DNA of 64,000 nt from positions 15,516 through 79,515 of the forward strand of contig CAZELA010000003.1 of NCBI GenBank assembly GCA_964512835.1. Reading direction: 5' to 3'. How positions within the stretch are numbered: position 1 is the stretch's first letter; the number at the start of each line of letters is the position of its first letter. Positions 1 through 10,135 of this stretch are shown here, one piece after another. Source of the DNA: an uncultured Candidatus Saccharibacteria bacterium. GTDB lineage: Bacteria > Patescibacteriota > Minisyncoccia > Phycocordibacterales > UBA2100. Under the pieces are notes generated by a model. It was not told where the DNA came from. It worked only from the letters and a program-made list of their open reading frames with translations, and made no database searches. A program made the position numbers and the translations under genes.

Positions 1-2712
1 GTTTGCAACGTTAGCCTTGATCGTGAGGGTGACATCCGTGTCCTTCGGCAAGTTTACCGGCGTCGAGAGTGTCGACGTAGCAATCGTGCTGCCAGAAGTG
101 AACGTGGCTGTACCAACCTGTGTCGCACCGTTCCAGATCGTGACCTGGATGAAGTCTGCCGAGCTTGTTGCAGAACCCTGGAGACCGAGCTCAGTGAGCG
201 TCATGTCTTCAGAAGTACCGCGGAGCTGGAAGGCACCGATGGTAACGCCGGTCGAAGCGCCCGCAGCAAAAGCGTAGGACGGAGACGACGGAGACGTTGT
301 AACTACGAGCGAGCTGTTTCCAACAGTCTGTGTGCCACTGTTAGAGATCGAGATCGTGAGATTCGTTCCCTGTGTGAGGCTGTTGCCAGACTGTACGCCC
401 GTTGCAGAGAAGGTACCACCAACCGTCGTAACACCTGTGGTGTATGCACCAGAAGCGAGCGACGAAAGGTTGCACTTAACTCCGAGCGTGACTACCGTAC
501 CCTTTGCAATCGTCAACGAATTGTCGAACGTAAAGGTGTTCTGCCCTGCCGAGATGGAAGACGGAACATTGGAGCCCGTGTTAACCGCTGACGATCCGTT
601 CCAGAGCTGGCACGAGCTTACGCCAGTGTTGCTCGAGAAGTTGATCGGGAGCTGGTTAACTCGGATGTCTTCACCCGACTGCGAAGCATCCAACTGGATG
701 TTCGCAAGCAAGACCGCAGAACCACCAGCAACGATCGTCTGAGCTGCCGGCTGAGCCGCAGCAGAGATGTTGAGGGTAGCACCACGAACGGTCATCGTAT
801 TCAGCGAGAAGGATGCTGCCGGGACAACTACAGTATTACCCGTAGTCTGACCGGTTACACCCGTCCAGTTTGCCGTGTTGATTGAAGCAGCATAGGTTGC
901 ACCGTTCGGTACGCCCGTAGCTACCTTACCCTTGATCGTGTAGACGTGTCGACCAGACTTGAGTGTGATCGAGTTGTTGAACGTGACCAAAGTGTTTACA
1001 GCGTCAACCGGACCAGCAACAACGACACCTGCGTCATCGACGAGGGTGACGTTCGTAAGCTGACCGGAAGAGCTCGTTGCAGTACCGTAGATGTTAATCG
1101 CCATGGTCTGAACCGTAAGCGCTTCACCCTTGATGTCTGCTACGAAGCCGCCGAGAGGCTGGTTCGAAACATTGATTGCAATGTTCTGCGACGGAACTTC
1201 CGTTGCGCGAGCAACAGTCGTAACCGACGAGCCCTGGACCAACACGGTCGAGCCCTGGAAGAACGGCTGTGCGTTCGTCGAGCCGGAACCATAGAAGCCA
1301 GAACCGTGTGCCGAAGCAGTCGACGGTGTCGAGCCATTGTACGACGCAGTCGGCGTGATGCCGTAGCCGTAGGTCTGACCGACAACGTAGATGTCAGATG
1401 CACGATCGATGTCCAACTCGATAATTCGAGAGTTCGAGTTCGAACCGGTTACATCACCCTGTACGTAGACATCGAGCGAGTTGCCCTTCGTCATGAGAAC
1501 GCCACCAGCGATCGTAGTCGTGTAGTAGCGACCGTCAGCCGAGAGAACCGTCGGGTAGCTGGTGCCCTCAACTACAGTCATGACATTCGAGATGTCAGAT
1601 GCAGATGCGGAACCATTGAGGCGCCATCGGATCGAGAAGAGGCGTACATCCTCAGCAGCACCCGCAGTCAAGCGGATACCCGAGAACTTAACCGCAGTGT
1701 CACCGATGTTCTTGGTGAGACCAGCGTTCGGATCGAACGAAGATCGTTCCATTGTCGCAGTACCGACAGCCAACGAGTTGTTGATCGTCTGGTTAGCACC
1801 CGAGATCGGGAGAGAACCGGAGACCGTGCTCGTCGTCTGGATACCAGTGACCTGGAGAGCAGCGACCTGACCAGCGTAGTTGGTGAGATCAGATGCCATG
1901 TTGCCAGCGATCGTGAAAGTCATTGACTGACCCGGCTGGAGCATCATCGATTCACCGACAGTCGCCATGTGGTTCGTGTCGAACGTTCGCGGAGTTCCAA
2001 TCTGGAGTCCGTTCTGATCGAGGAGAACAACACCTGCGAATGCAGCGTCAGATGCGAGACCGGCGCGAGTGACCGTCACGCCCGTAACCGTAACTGCAGC
2101 ATTCGACGTGTTCGTCAAAGTGAAGTTCGTGAACGGAACGCGCGATGCGCCCTTCGGAGCAAGCGAGTTTGCCGGCTGAGCGCCTGCAGTAACCGCGAGC
2201 GTACCCGGAGTGGTGTTACCGCCAGTGTTGCCACCGGTGTTACCGCCAGTCGTCGTGCAGAGGGCGTTTGCCTTTGCGCGAGTTGCAGCGAACCAGTTAC
2301 CAGTACCCTTCGACAAGCCCGACGGAGTCAAGATGTCAGCTGCGTACTTCTCCTGGAACTTGATCACAGCTGCTTTCGTAGCCGGACCGAAGGTTGAAGT
2401 CTCGTTTCCTGCTGAACCAGCGCCGCTAGCTGCGACCATGGTGTCAGAAGATTTGTTAAGGAATTTCTGCAAGTTCATGACTTCAGTTCCCTTTGAACCC
2501 ATCTTGAGGTTCGCTGTGAACGTGAAGGAGCACGAGGAGCTCGAAGAGCTACCAGAAAGTGCAGAGATCTGTGCGAGCAATGCGTTGATCTGAGCCTGGA
2601 GGTCAGAAACGGTATCTGCCTTTGCCGGTGTGGCGAAAGCAAAAACCGAGAGGACCATACCAATACCCAAGAGCACTGCTGCAACATTCTTTGTTGCTAA
2701 AGCTTTACTCAT
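1..2712 (-). CDS. Large secreted cell-surface protein (signal peptide, PG_binding_1-like domain, long Thr/Ser/Gly-rich beta-repeat region). Start codon at 2712; 3' end lies beyond the window's left edge.
   Basis: I checked all 904 minus-strand codons (reverse complement of 1..2712) and found no in-frame stop. The N-terminus is MSKALATKNVAAVLLGIGMVLSVFAFATPAKA|DT, a classic signal peptide with an AxA cleavage site. The following 'KMGSKGTEVMNLQKFLN...FGPATKAAVIKFQEKYA' matches the peptidoglycan-binding-domain-1 pattern. The plus-strand ORFs in the track across this region are Arg-rich antisense artefacts. The ORF track omits this gene because it runs off the window. Confidence 0.78.
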   Translation of the reverse strand, partial: MSKALATKNVAAVLLGIGMVLSVFAFATPAKADTVSDLQAQINALLAQISALSGSSSSSSCSFTFTANLKMGSKGTEVMNLQKFLNKSSDTMVAASGAGSAGNETSTFGPATKAAVIKFQEKYAADILTPSGLSKGTGNWFAATRAKANALCTTTGGNTGGNTGGNTTPGTLAVTAGAQPANSLAPKGASRVPFTNFTLTNTSNAAVTVTGVTVTRAGLASDAAFAGVVLLDQNGLQIGTPRTFDTNHMATVGESMMLQPGQSMTFTIAGNMASDLTNYAGQVAALQVTGIQTTSTVSGSLPISGANQTINNSLAVGTATMERSSFDPNAGLTKNIGDTAVKFSGIRLTAGAAEDVRLFSIRWRLNGSASASDISNVMTVVEGTSYPTVLSADGRYYTTTIAGGVLMTKGNSLDVYVQGDVTGSNSNSRIIELDIDRASDIYVVGQTYGYGITPTASYNGSTPSTASAHGSGFYGSGSTNAQPFFQGSTVLVQGSSVTTVARATEVPSQNIAINVSNQPLGGFVADIKGEALTVQTMAINIYGTATSSSGQLTNVTLVDDAGVVVAGPVDAVNTLVTFNNSITLKSGRHVYTIKGKVATGVPNGATYAASINTANWTGVTGQTTGNTVVVPAASFSLNTMTVRGATLNISAAAQPAAQTIVAGGSAVLLANIQLDASQSGEDIRVNQLPINFSSNTGVSSCQLWNGSSAVNTGSNVPSSISAGQNTFTFDNSLTIAKGTVVTLGVKCNLSSLASGAYTTGVTTVGGTFSATGVQSGNSLTQGTNLTISISNSGTQTVGNSSLVVTTSPSSPSYAFAAGASTGVTIGAFQLRGTSEDMTLTELGLQGSATSSADFIQVTIWNGATQVGTATFTSGSTIATSTLSTPVNLPKDTDVTLTIKANVAN

Positions 2713-2818
2713 ATTTTAGTTTTGACCTTTGTATTACATGTTCCCTATTAAAAGGAGAACACGGAACCGTGCACGTATTCATTCGACGTGAATACCTGCC
2801 CGTTTTTTGCGAACACAC

Positions 2819-2835
2819 TGTCTATTAAATAGACA
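2819..2835. promoter_or_regulatory. Perfect 17-bp palindrome TGTCTATT-A-AATAGACA in the AT-rich region upstream of the surface-protein gene; candidate operator site.
   Basis: Read directly from the sequence. It sits in the ~620-bp AT-rich non-coding region 2713..3332, about 110 bp upstream of the ATG at 2712. Confidence 0.3.
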
Positions 2836-3332
2836 ACGTGTCCACTAATAATTTATTGCTAACCCGAGCTTCTTGTTAATAGTCGACGCGAAGCAACGGG
2901 AGTAGCAGCGAATGGGAATGTGCCGTAACTGAGTTTCTATCCTGTCGGAATAATCTGAGCGGCGTGAATTCATGAGCACTCGTACATACAAGTATTTGTA
3001 TGTTCATGCATCATGAAAACGTGGTGATGCGATCACCGTAACGTTGTTTCAATATGTAAATGTCAAAGATCGACACAGAGGGCTTTCGCTTCCCTGTGCA
3101 ACACATCCAATGGATGCGTCCGCACAATTATATACTGGAAGCACTTTTAGACCCGTCTGAGCAAAACTCCGTTTTGTGGATAACTTGTGAGTAAAAAGGC
3201 CTCATTTCAAGCCCCTTTTGCCCTCGCAAGTTACCGGGGCAGGATACTGCACCGCCACACTGGAGTCAATTAAGGAGACGTGCGTACCGACCATATATTT
3301 CACGCCAAAACAGCGCCGGAATTGCGGGTATT

Positions 3333-4121
3333 TTAAACGACCGAATAGCGGGACCATCGCTTCAGACCGCTCTTTGTGACCTTGCCATCCGCGACCAGGG
3401 TCAGGAGCTCACGCTGGATCATCTTTTCGCTGTATTCGGGCAAATTCGAGCAAATGTCCTTAATACCCATGGAGCCGCTGGATCGAAGAATTTCCAATAT
3501 GCTTTGAGTCCGCACGCTCATTTGTCCGTTATGTGTGACAGTCTTCACCGCCGAAGCAGCGACCTCCCGTGTATCCGTTGCCTCCCCCGCAACACGAACG
3601 TCTTTTATGTCCTTTACTGCATAGGTCGCAGCGCGAGCGGGCAATGTTCCGACATCCAATAGCTCATCCTTTGATATAACGACACTTTCTGAAAAGTTTG
3701 TTCGCTGCGATACATGCATAAAATTGCCAAGCTCATCGAGCGCTTCAACGATGGCGCTCACATTTTGGGTAGAAGCAAATCCGGATATCGCCAGCATCCG
3801 CACCAGTGATATGAGGTGGCGGATCGAAGATACAACAGACACAACTCCACCGGAGTTCGACGAACGCATATCATCTCGGACCGAAAGCACTGACGACAGC
3901 ATCTGCATGGATTCCCTCCGAACCAGCCCGCGCAACGGCTCATCCTGATCAACGTGGTTGGTCAACAAATGGACTGCTGCCGCGATTCGCTCAGCACGAC
4001 GATAGGCTCTATCGGCCGCTCGATTATCACCAAAAGGATTCAAACGGACATTCTGAGAGTCGAAGAATTTTCCGAGATTTTCCGTCTTTTGTATGTCCTT
4101 ATTGTCGTCCATTTTATGCAT
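3333..4121 (-). CDS. Hypothetical protein with a C-terminal winged-helix-like segment
   Basis: 262-aa ORF. The C-terminus 'SILEILRSSGSMGIKDICSNLPEYSEKMIQRELLTLVADGKVTKSGLKRW' looks like an HTH/wHTH domain. I recognise no family for the N-terminal part. Confidence 0.5.
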   Translation of the reverse strand: MHKMDDNKDIQKTENLGKFFDSQNVRLNPFGDNRAADRAYRRAERIAAAVHLLTNHVDQDEPLRGLVRRESMQMLSSVLSVRDDMRSSNSGGVVSVVSSIRHLISLVRMLAISGFASTQNVSAIVEALDELGNFMHVSQRTNFSESVVISKDELLDVGTLPARAATYAVKDIKDVRVAGEATDTREVAASAVKTVTHNGQMSVRTQSILEILRSSGSMGIKDICSNLPEYSEKMIQRELLTLVADGKVTKSGLKRWSRYSVV

Positions 4122-4298
4122 GAATATGTCCTTTATTTATATCGGACATATGTATTGCAGACGGATTATATAAAGGACGACCGAAAACGCAATGTTCTGA
4201 GTAACGGCCGATAATGTCAGTGCGGGAACCGCTAATGAATGGCTCAATGCCTGGGTTTTTTGCCGCTTGTCCGATGTAGCGCGTGCTATGATGTTGCC

Positions 4299-6542
4299 AT
4301 GAAAGACAAGGCAAAAGAGAAGCCGAAGAGGAACACAAGGAAGAAAGATCTCGATTCGTCAGACTCCGCGGGCGTGATTAGCAGCGAGGCGCTTCGCGGT
4401 GTGATCGCTATTTTTCTTTTTGCAGTTTCGGGCTTTCTGTTGCTGGCACTTCTTGGCGTAGGGGGTGCGGTTGGAGCCGCGCTCTATAACGGACTGACAT
4501 GGCTATTGGGCGTCGGGTATCTGCTCTTGCCGCTTTCTATGATCATGCTCGCGGTCTTAATATTCCGCTCGCTTGAACGCAGCGTCTCGTGGGTGCACGT
4601 GATATCGATGGTCATCTTTTTGCTTTCGGGCCTCGGATTAACCGCGCTTGCGTATCCGATGGCGGGCGGCGTTTTGGGTGACGCGATCGCACAACCGATC
4701 GTGGCTGCGGTCGACGTGTTTGCTACGGTCATATTCCTCCTCGCGTTCACCGTTATGGCACTTGTGGTCGCGTTCGATATCAACCTCGGCGAAGTCGTCC
4801 GCTGGTTCAAGAGCCTGGTGAGCCCGTCAGAATTCCCGAACGAGCTTGCGCCGGTTGCACTCGACGATGTACCGGTGACCGGACTTTCCGTCGAACCGGA
4901 CGACCACGATGAGCGCGCACCGGCACCGGAACCTGTCGCAAAAAAGGAGAAAGAGCCGGAAATCAAAAAATTCTCCGACAAGGTATCGGATGATGTCGGC
5001 GGATTCCCGATCACCGCAGCAACCGGTTCAACCTACACACCTCCCCCGGCAACACTCCTTGCCAAGAATAAAGGTAAGCCCGAAGTCGGCGATGTGAAGG
5101 CCAACATGAACATCATCAAGCGCACGCTTCAGAATTTCGGTATCCAAGTAGAAATGGACGAAGCGAACATCGGACCGACCGTCACGCGCTACTCAATGAA
5201 ACCCGCAGAAGGCGTGCGTCTTGCAAAGATTGTGGCCCTGCAGTCGAACCTGGAACTCGCGCTCGCGGCATCCCCTGTTCGTATCGAGGCTCCCATTCCG
5301 GGTAAGTCGCTCGTCGGTATCGAAGTGCCGAACATATCGCGAACAACACTCGGTATGGGCCCGCTCGTATCAGACGACGGATTCACCGGCTCCGAAAAAT
5401 CTCTTTTGATGGCCCTTGGTCGCACCATTACCGGTGCGCCGCAATACGCGGATCTTGCCCGCATGCCCCACCTGCTTGTAGCGGGCACCACCGGCGCCGG
5501 TAAATCCGCCACGATCAACGACATGATCGTATCGCTCTTGTACCGATGCGGACCGGAGCGCCTTCGGTTCATCATGGTTGACCCGAAACGCGTTGAACTC
5601 ACGCTCTACAACCCGATCCCCCACCTGCTTACCCCCGTCATCACCGATGCCAAAAAAGCGATCCTTGCGCTCAAGTGGCTCGGAAAGGAAATGGAACGAC
5701 GCTATAACATCCTTGAAACGGAGCGTGTCCGCGATATCGGCTCATACCACGAGACCGTGCTCAAGCCGGCGCTCGAAAAAGGTCCGCAAGACGGCAAGCC
5801 GATGCCGGAAGCGATGCCCTATATCGTGCTCATCATCGACGAATTGGCCGATATCATGACGTCGTACCCGCGCGAACTCGAGGGCGGCATCGTTCGACTT
5901 GCTCAAATGAGCCGCGCTGTGGGTATTCACCTCATTCTCTCGACTCAGCGACCGTCGGTAAAAGTGATCACCGGCCTCATCAAGGCGAACATCCCCGCCC
6001 GACTGGCGCTCCAAGTGTCATCGCAAATCGATTCGCGCACTATTCTCGACATGGGCGGGGCAGAATCGCTGCTCGGCGCCGGCGATATGCTCTTTTTGTC
6101 GGGTGAAATGTCAAAGCCGAACCGCGTACAGGCGCCGTATATATCGGAGGCCGAAGTAAAAAGCGTGGTGGCATATATCGAAAAGCACAACGAACCGACA
6201 CTTGCTACCAGCATGGACATGGGTGAACACAATATGGGAGGCAAAGACGCCATATTCTCGTCGATGATCGGGGGTGACGGAGACGAGGAAGGCGACGAAC
6301 TGTACCCGGAAGCGAAGAAGACCGTAATAGAGGCCGGCAAGGCATCAACCTCGTACCTGCAGCGCAAGCTCGGTGTGGGCTACGCACGCGCTGCCAAACT
6401 CATGGACCTGTTGGAAGAGCGAGGCGTGATCGGCCCGGCAGACGGCGCGAAGCCTCGCGAGATCATAGGCGCGGGAAATGCCGATGAGCTCGCTGCGGAG
6501 CCGACTGGAGAAGATTACGCGGAAGATCCGCGAGAGAACTAA
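4299..6542 (+). CDS. ftsK: DNA translocase FtsK/SpoIIIE
   Basis: N-terminal multi-TM region, Walker A 'GTTGAGKS', FtsK motor conservation and a C-terminal gamma (wHTH) domain 'TSYLQRKLGVGYARAAKLMDLLEERGVI'. Start moved to MKDKAKEK (ATG 4299); the track start at 4239 is probably upstream read-through. Confidence 0.95.
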   Translation: MKDKAKEKPKRNTRKKDLDSSDSAGVISSEALRGVIAIFLFAVSGFLLLALLGVGGAVGAALYNGLTWLLGVGYLLLPLSMIMLAVLIFRSLERSVSWVHVISMVIFLLSGLGLTALAYPMAGGVLGDAIAQPIVAAVDVFATVIFLLAFTVMALVVAFDINLGEVVRWFKSLVSPSEFPNELAPVALDDVPVTGLSVEPDDHDERAPAPEPVAKKEKEPEIKKFSDKVSDDVGGFPITAATGSTYTPPPATLLAKNKGKPEVGDVKANMNIIKRTLQNFGIQVEMDEANIGPTVTRYSMKPAEGVRLAKIVALQSNLELALAASPVRIEAPIPGKSLVGIEVPNISRTTLGMGPLVSDDGFTGSEKSLLMALGRTITGAPQYADLARMPHLLVAGTTGAGKSATINDMIVSLLYRCGPERLRFIMVDPKRVELTLYNPIPHLLTPVITDAKKAILALKWLGKEMERRYNILETERVRDIGSYHETVLKPALEKGPQDGKPMPEAMPYIVLIIDELADIMTSYPRELEGGIVRLAQMSRAVGIHLILSTQRPSVKVITGLIKANIPARLALQVSSQIDSRTILDMGGAESLLGAGDMLFLSGEMSKPNRVQAPYISEAEVKSVVAYIEKHNEPTLATSMDMGEHNMGGKDAIFSSMIGGDGDEEGDELYPEAKKTVIEAGKASTSYLQRKLGVGYARAAKLMDLLEERGVIGPADGAKPREIIGAGNADELAAEPTGEDYAEDPREN

Positions 6543-6555
6543 CGTACCCGCTCGT

Positions 6556-6975
6556 ATGCTTCCCTACCGCGATGGCCGTCTTACCCGCATCGCTCTCGTC
6601 GTGTTCTTTTTGCTTATCGTGGGATACGCGTACTACGAGGCGCGGGGCGTTTTGTACGGACCGAACATTCAGCTCTCATCCGATATCCAAGAGGTGCACG
6701 ACCCGTTCATTGCAATTCAGGGAAAAGCTGACCGCATAGCGGAGCTATCCATGAACGGACGGCCTATTTCGGTCACGGAAGACGGCGCATTCGATGAGCC
6801 CTACCTGCTCTCTCCGGGATTGAACCGTATTATGCTCGATGCAACCGACCGATACGGCAGAAAGACGCAGCAGATTGTAGAGGTGGTGTACACCCCTGAT
6901 CCCAACGCCCCGACAGGCTCGCTCCGAGCAACATCCACCCCTCCGGAGGCGTCCACAACCCCTGAAACACCGTAA
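6556..6975 (+). CDS. Hypothetical membrane-anchored protein
   Basis: The track ORF 6478..6975 overlaps the ftsK 3' end. The internal Met (MLPYRDGRLTRIALVVFFLLIVGYAYY) begins just after the ftsK stop, followed by a TM anchor. No family recognised. Confidence 0.55.
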   Translation: MLPYRDGRLTRIALVVFFLLIVGYAYYEARGVLYGPNIQLSSDIQEVHDPFIAIQGKADRIAELSMNGRPISVTEDGAFDEPYLLSPGLNRIMLDATDRYGRKTQQIVEVVYTPDPNAPTGSLRATSTPPEASTTPETP

Positions 6976-6999
6976 GGTATACTGAATTTATTACCCGCA

Positions 7000-8088
7000 T
7001 TGAACCAACACGATATGGCACTCGGAACGAAAAAAGCGAAAGCAGCACCGAAAGAAACAGGTACCGGTACGGATAAAGACATCGAACGGGCACTCTCTGA
7101 TATCAAAACTAAATTTGGCGACGACTCGATCATGATGCTCGGCGCCACCCCGAAGGTGGATGTGAACGCGATCCCGACGGGATCTATCGGCGTTGACTGG
7201 GCACTCGGCATCGGGGGCATCCCCCGCGGTCGCATCGTCGAAATATTCGGCCCCGAATCGTCCGGCAAAACTACGCTGTCGCTGCATGCAATTGCCGAAG
7301 CACAGAAAAAAGGCGGCATCTGTGCATTCATCGACGCAGAACATGCGCTTGATCCGGAATATGCCAAAAAGATCGGCGTCGACATCGCTTCACTCCTGGT
7401 TTCTCAGCCTGATACCGGTGAGCAGGCGCTCGAGATCGTGGAATCGCTCGTTCGCTCCGGAAAGATCGATATCATCGTCGTTGACTCGGTTGCAGCCCTC
7501 ACCCCAAAAGATGAGATCGAGGGCGATATGGGTCAGTCACACGTCGGCAAGCAAGCGCGCCTCATGTCGCAGGCGCTGCGCAAATTGACCGCCATCGTCT
7601 CCAAAACGAAGACCGTTGTTATATTCATCAACCAGATCCGTATGCAGATCGGTGTGATGTTCGGTAATCCCGAAACGACGACCGGCGGCAAGGCACTCAA
7701 ATTCTATACATCGGTCCGCATCGACATCCGACGTATCGCGCAGATCAAAAAAGGCGACGAAACAATGGGCGGACGTCACCGTGTGAAGATCGTAAAGAAT
7801 AAGGTGGCAGCTCCCTTCCGTGCGGTTGAGTTCGACATGATGTACGGCGAAGGCATCTCGCGCGAAGGCGAAGCGCTCGCGCTCGGCGAAAAGCTGGGCC
7901 TCGTTCAAAAGTCGTCCGGCGGTTCATACACTATCGGCGACATCAAACTCGGTCGCGGCTACGATGCGGCCCGTACATTTCTCCGCGAGAACAAGCCGAT
8001 CATCAACGACCTCCTGAAAAACATCAAAAAACAGCTTGCCGAGAACGGCATGAGCTCCAAAAGCTCCGGCAGTAGCAGCGACGAGTAA
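7000..8088 (+). CDS. recA: Recombinase RecA
   Basis: '[10 protein letters not shown]' Walker A and end-to-end RecA conservation ([36 protein letters not shown]). Confidence 0.97.
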   Translation: MNQHDMALGTKKAKAAPKETGTGTDKDIERALSDIKTKFGDDSIMMLGATPKVDVNAIPTGSIGVDWALGIGGIPRGRIVEIFGPESSGKTTLSLHAIAEAQKKGGICAFIDAEHALDPEYAKKIGVDIASLLVSQPDTGEQALEIVESLVRSGKIDIIVVDSVAALTPKDEIEGDMGQSHVGKQARLMSQALRKLTAIVSKTKTVVIFINQIRMQIGVMFGNPETTTGGKALKFYTSVRIDIRRIAQIKKGDETMGGRHRVKIVKNKVAAPFRAVEFDMMYGEGISREGEALALGEKLGLVQKSSGGSYTIGDIKLGRGYDAARTFLRENKPIINDLLKNIKKQLAENGMSSKSSGSSSDE

Positions 8089-8108
8089 GTCAGGTTCAGC
8101 AAAACAAG

Positions 8109-8138
8109 AAACCCTCGTGGATGCACGAGGGTTTTTGG
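8109..8138. terminator. Rho-independent terminator after recA (ACCCTCGTG-gatg-CACGAGGGT plus T-run)
   Basis: Hairpin and U-tract read from the sequence. Confidence 0.7.
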
Positions 8139-8488
8139 TATGGGTACCGGCTCACCTCCCCCGGGACCGGGAAAGAAGCGCACGACGCGGGGGCACAGGA
8201 GCATGTAGAGCACAAACACCTGCATGCCGGTGGCAATGACGCACCATTCCGTCGCAACGAGCAGGAGCAAACGCTCGAGCGACTGATCCGGCGACGTGAA
8301 CGTGAGCGCGAGCGCCACAGAAAGCGTGGCCCACGATACGGTCGTCATGATCCAGGCTCGAAAGAGCTCGGACGAGTCGCAAACCATCGATGATCGCATC
8401 GGTCTCTCCTGTGTTGTTCCGCAGGCAGCCTATCACCCCGATCGCTCGGTGGACAAGGGCCCGATTTTGGCTACAATGCTTCAAATTT

Positions 8489-9055
8489 ATGGCAATGCTC
8501 GCATACAACGAAGTCCTCCCGAAAAGGATCATCATTATCGACGACGAACCGTACGAAGTGCTTTCTGCGTGGGTATTCCGCAAGCAGCAGCGCAAGCCGG
8601 TAAATCAGGTAAAGCTCCGAAACCTCAAGTCCGGATCGATGGCGGAACACACGTTCCATGTGTCCGATAAGGTTGAAGAGGCCGACATTGAGAACCGTAC
8701 CGCCATGTTCATTTATGAGCGCAACGGCGAATGGTTCTTTCACGAATCAAAGGACAAGTCGAAGCGCTTTACGCTCACCCAGGAGCGCATCGGAGACGAA
8801 AGCAAATGGCTCAAACCAAATACCGAAGTTGATGTGAAGTGGTTCGACGAGAAGCCGATTCAGGTTACGATACCGATCAAAGTAGAGCTCAAAGTAACCG
8901 AAGCGCCGCCGAACACGCGCGGAAACACCGCACAGGGCGGCAACAAACTTGTGCAGCTTGAAACAGGCGCAGCGATCACAGTCCCGATGTTCGTAGAGAC
9001 CGGTGACATCATCCGCATCAATACACAGACCGGCGAATACGTGGAGCGCGTGTAA
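8489..9055 (+). CDS. efp: Elongation factor P
   Basis: 'MAMLAYNEV...KLRNLKSGSMAEHTF...' EF-P KOW/OB domains. Start moved to the internal ATG at 8489; the track start at 8390 is upstream read-through. Confidence 0.93.
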   Translation: MAMLAYNEVLPKRIIIIDDEPYEVLSAWVFRKQQRKPVNQVKLRNLKSGSMAEHTFHVSDKVEEADIENRTAMFIYERNGEWFFHESKDKSKRFTLTQERIGDESKWLKPNTEVDVKWFDEKPIQVTIPIKVELKVTEAPPNTRGNTAQGGNKLVQLETGAAITVPMFVETGDIIRINTQTGEYVERV

Positions 9056-9074
9056 AACACTCACTATAAACAAC

Positions 9075-9108
9075 ACAAACGGGACCCGATGGGTCCCGTT
9101 TGTGTTTT
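9075..9108. terminator. Terminator after efp (ACAAACGGGACCC-gat-GGGTCCCGTTTGT plus TTTT)
   Basis: Read from the sequence. Confidence 0.7.
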
Positions 9109-9118
9109 AATTGCATCA

Positions 9119-9691
9119 ATGCCCCCGACACCGGTACAGGAGACCTATCAAAAGGGCTCGATATGGCCGACGATCGGCACGATCGTGCTGCTAATTGTGA
9201 TCCTCCTGCTCGGAGCCGCGATGTACATATCATACGGACACAATAAGCAGCTCGCTCACGAAAATTCTGACTTGAAGGTTCAGGTGCAGGCCATAACAGC
9301 GGACAAAGAAGCGCTAACCCTTCAGGTGAACGACCTTGCAAAGAAGCTTGCAGAGATCGAGTGTGACGGCGTGTGGAACGGCACATCGTGTGACCCCTAC
9401 CCCGTGACGATCGAAGCTAAGGCTGCGTCGGGCACATCGCCGTTCGCCGCAAGCTTTACGGTTAAAGCCAAGAGCTCGAGGTACGAAGTAGATTACTCGG
9501 ACGGCTCGGCGGTTTCGCCGCTTTCAGCAGCGACCGGTGACTGCGTACCGAAAGCCGACGGTTTGTGCGAATTCAAACTATCGCACGTATTCAAAAACAC
9601 GACCGAGAACGACGCCACATTTGAGGTAAAAATATCGAAGGGCGGTAAGGCATCGGCTTCGATGGTCGTTACAGTGTCGGGGAAGAAATAA
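9119..9691 (+). CDS. Hypothetical membrane protein with a coiled-coil segment
   Basis: Probable start MPPTPVQ. One TM helix (IGTIVLLIVILLLGAAMYI), then 'ENSDLKVQVQAITADKEALTLQVNDLAKKLAE' coiled coil and a Cys-containing C-terminal domain. A terminator follows. Confidence 0.55.
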   Translation: MPPTPVQETYQKGSIWPTIGTIVLLIVILLLGAAMYISYGHNKQLAHENSDLKVQVQAITADKEALTLQVNDLAKKLAEIECDGVWNGTSCDPYPVTIEAKAASGTSPFAASFTVKAKSSRYEVDYSDGSAVSPLSAATGDCVPKADGLCEFKLSHVFKNTTENDATFEVKISKGGKASASMVVTVSGKK

Positions 9692-9702
9692 TGTCCCCCA
9701 CA

Positions 9703-9768
9703 GTAAAAACCCGACTTTCGGCGGGGTTTTGAATTTTGTGGTTACTTCTGGATGTACGGGAGACCCCA
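9703..9768. repeat. Degenerate copy A of a ~65-bp unit (terminator hairpin plus pseudo-copy of the rpsR 3' end)
   Basis: 'gtaaaaacccgactttcggcggggttttgaattttgtggttacttctggatgtacgggagacccca' aligns to 9889..9950, which carries the genuine rpsR stop and terminator. Confidence 0.55.
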
Positions 9769-9888
9769 CATGTCTCGCCGCTGCTGCAGGTCGCGCCCAG
9801 GGCCGGCCTCGCGACCCCAAACACCGTCGTGTTTGGGTCCCCCGCTGCGGCTCCTCTTGCCCTCATTCAAACGCTGCGCGTTTACAAA

Positions 9889-9950
9889 GTAAAAACCCGG
9901 CTTTCGCCGGGTTGTTTTTACTTTTGAATGTAGGGCAAGAGGCCCATGAA
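9889..9950. repeat. Copy B of the same unit: bidirectional terminator CCCGGC-tttc-GCCGGG overlapping the rpsR 3' end
   Basis: Read from the sequence. Confidence 0.6.
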
Positions 9951-10115
9951 CCGTGCGCGTTTGACGGCTGCTTCAACTGCTCGCTGCTGCTTTGCGGTGA
10001 GTCCGGTTCGCTTGCGGCCCATAACGCGACCGTGAGGATTTACGAACTGCTTGAGCAAGTCGATGTCCTTGTAGTCGACGTGCTGGATGTCATTCTGTGT
10101 GAGGATGTTTGTCAT
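9918..10115 (-). CDS. rpsR: 30S ribosomal protein S18
   Basis: '...RKRTGLTAKQQRAVEAAVKRARFMGLLPY' S18 signature; 65 aa. Confidence 0.95.
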   Translation of the reverse strand: MTNILTQNDIQHVDYKDIDLLKQFVNPHGRVMGRKRTGLTAKQQRAVEAAVKRARFMGLLPYIQK

Positions 10116-10135
10116 ACTGCTGTTTTTTCTTTTGC

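Noticed and set aside
17-2593. Plus-strand ORFs in the track (17..277, 332..742, 946..1926, 1969..2397, 2210..2593)
   Set aside because: They are Arg-rich, low-complexity translations antisense to the continuous 904-codon minus-strand surface-protein gene, so they are artefacts.
7959-8399. Minus-strand 146-aa hydrophobic ORF downstream of recA
   Set aside because: It overlaps the recA 3' end by ~130 nt and spans the recA terminator hairpin. There is no RBS, so it is probably spurious.
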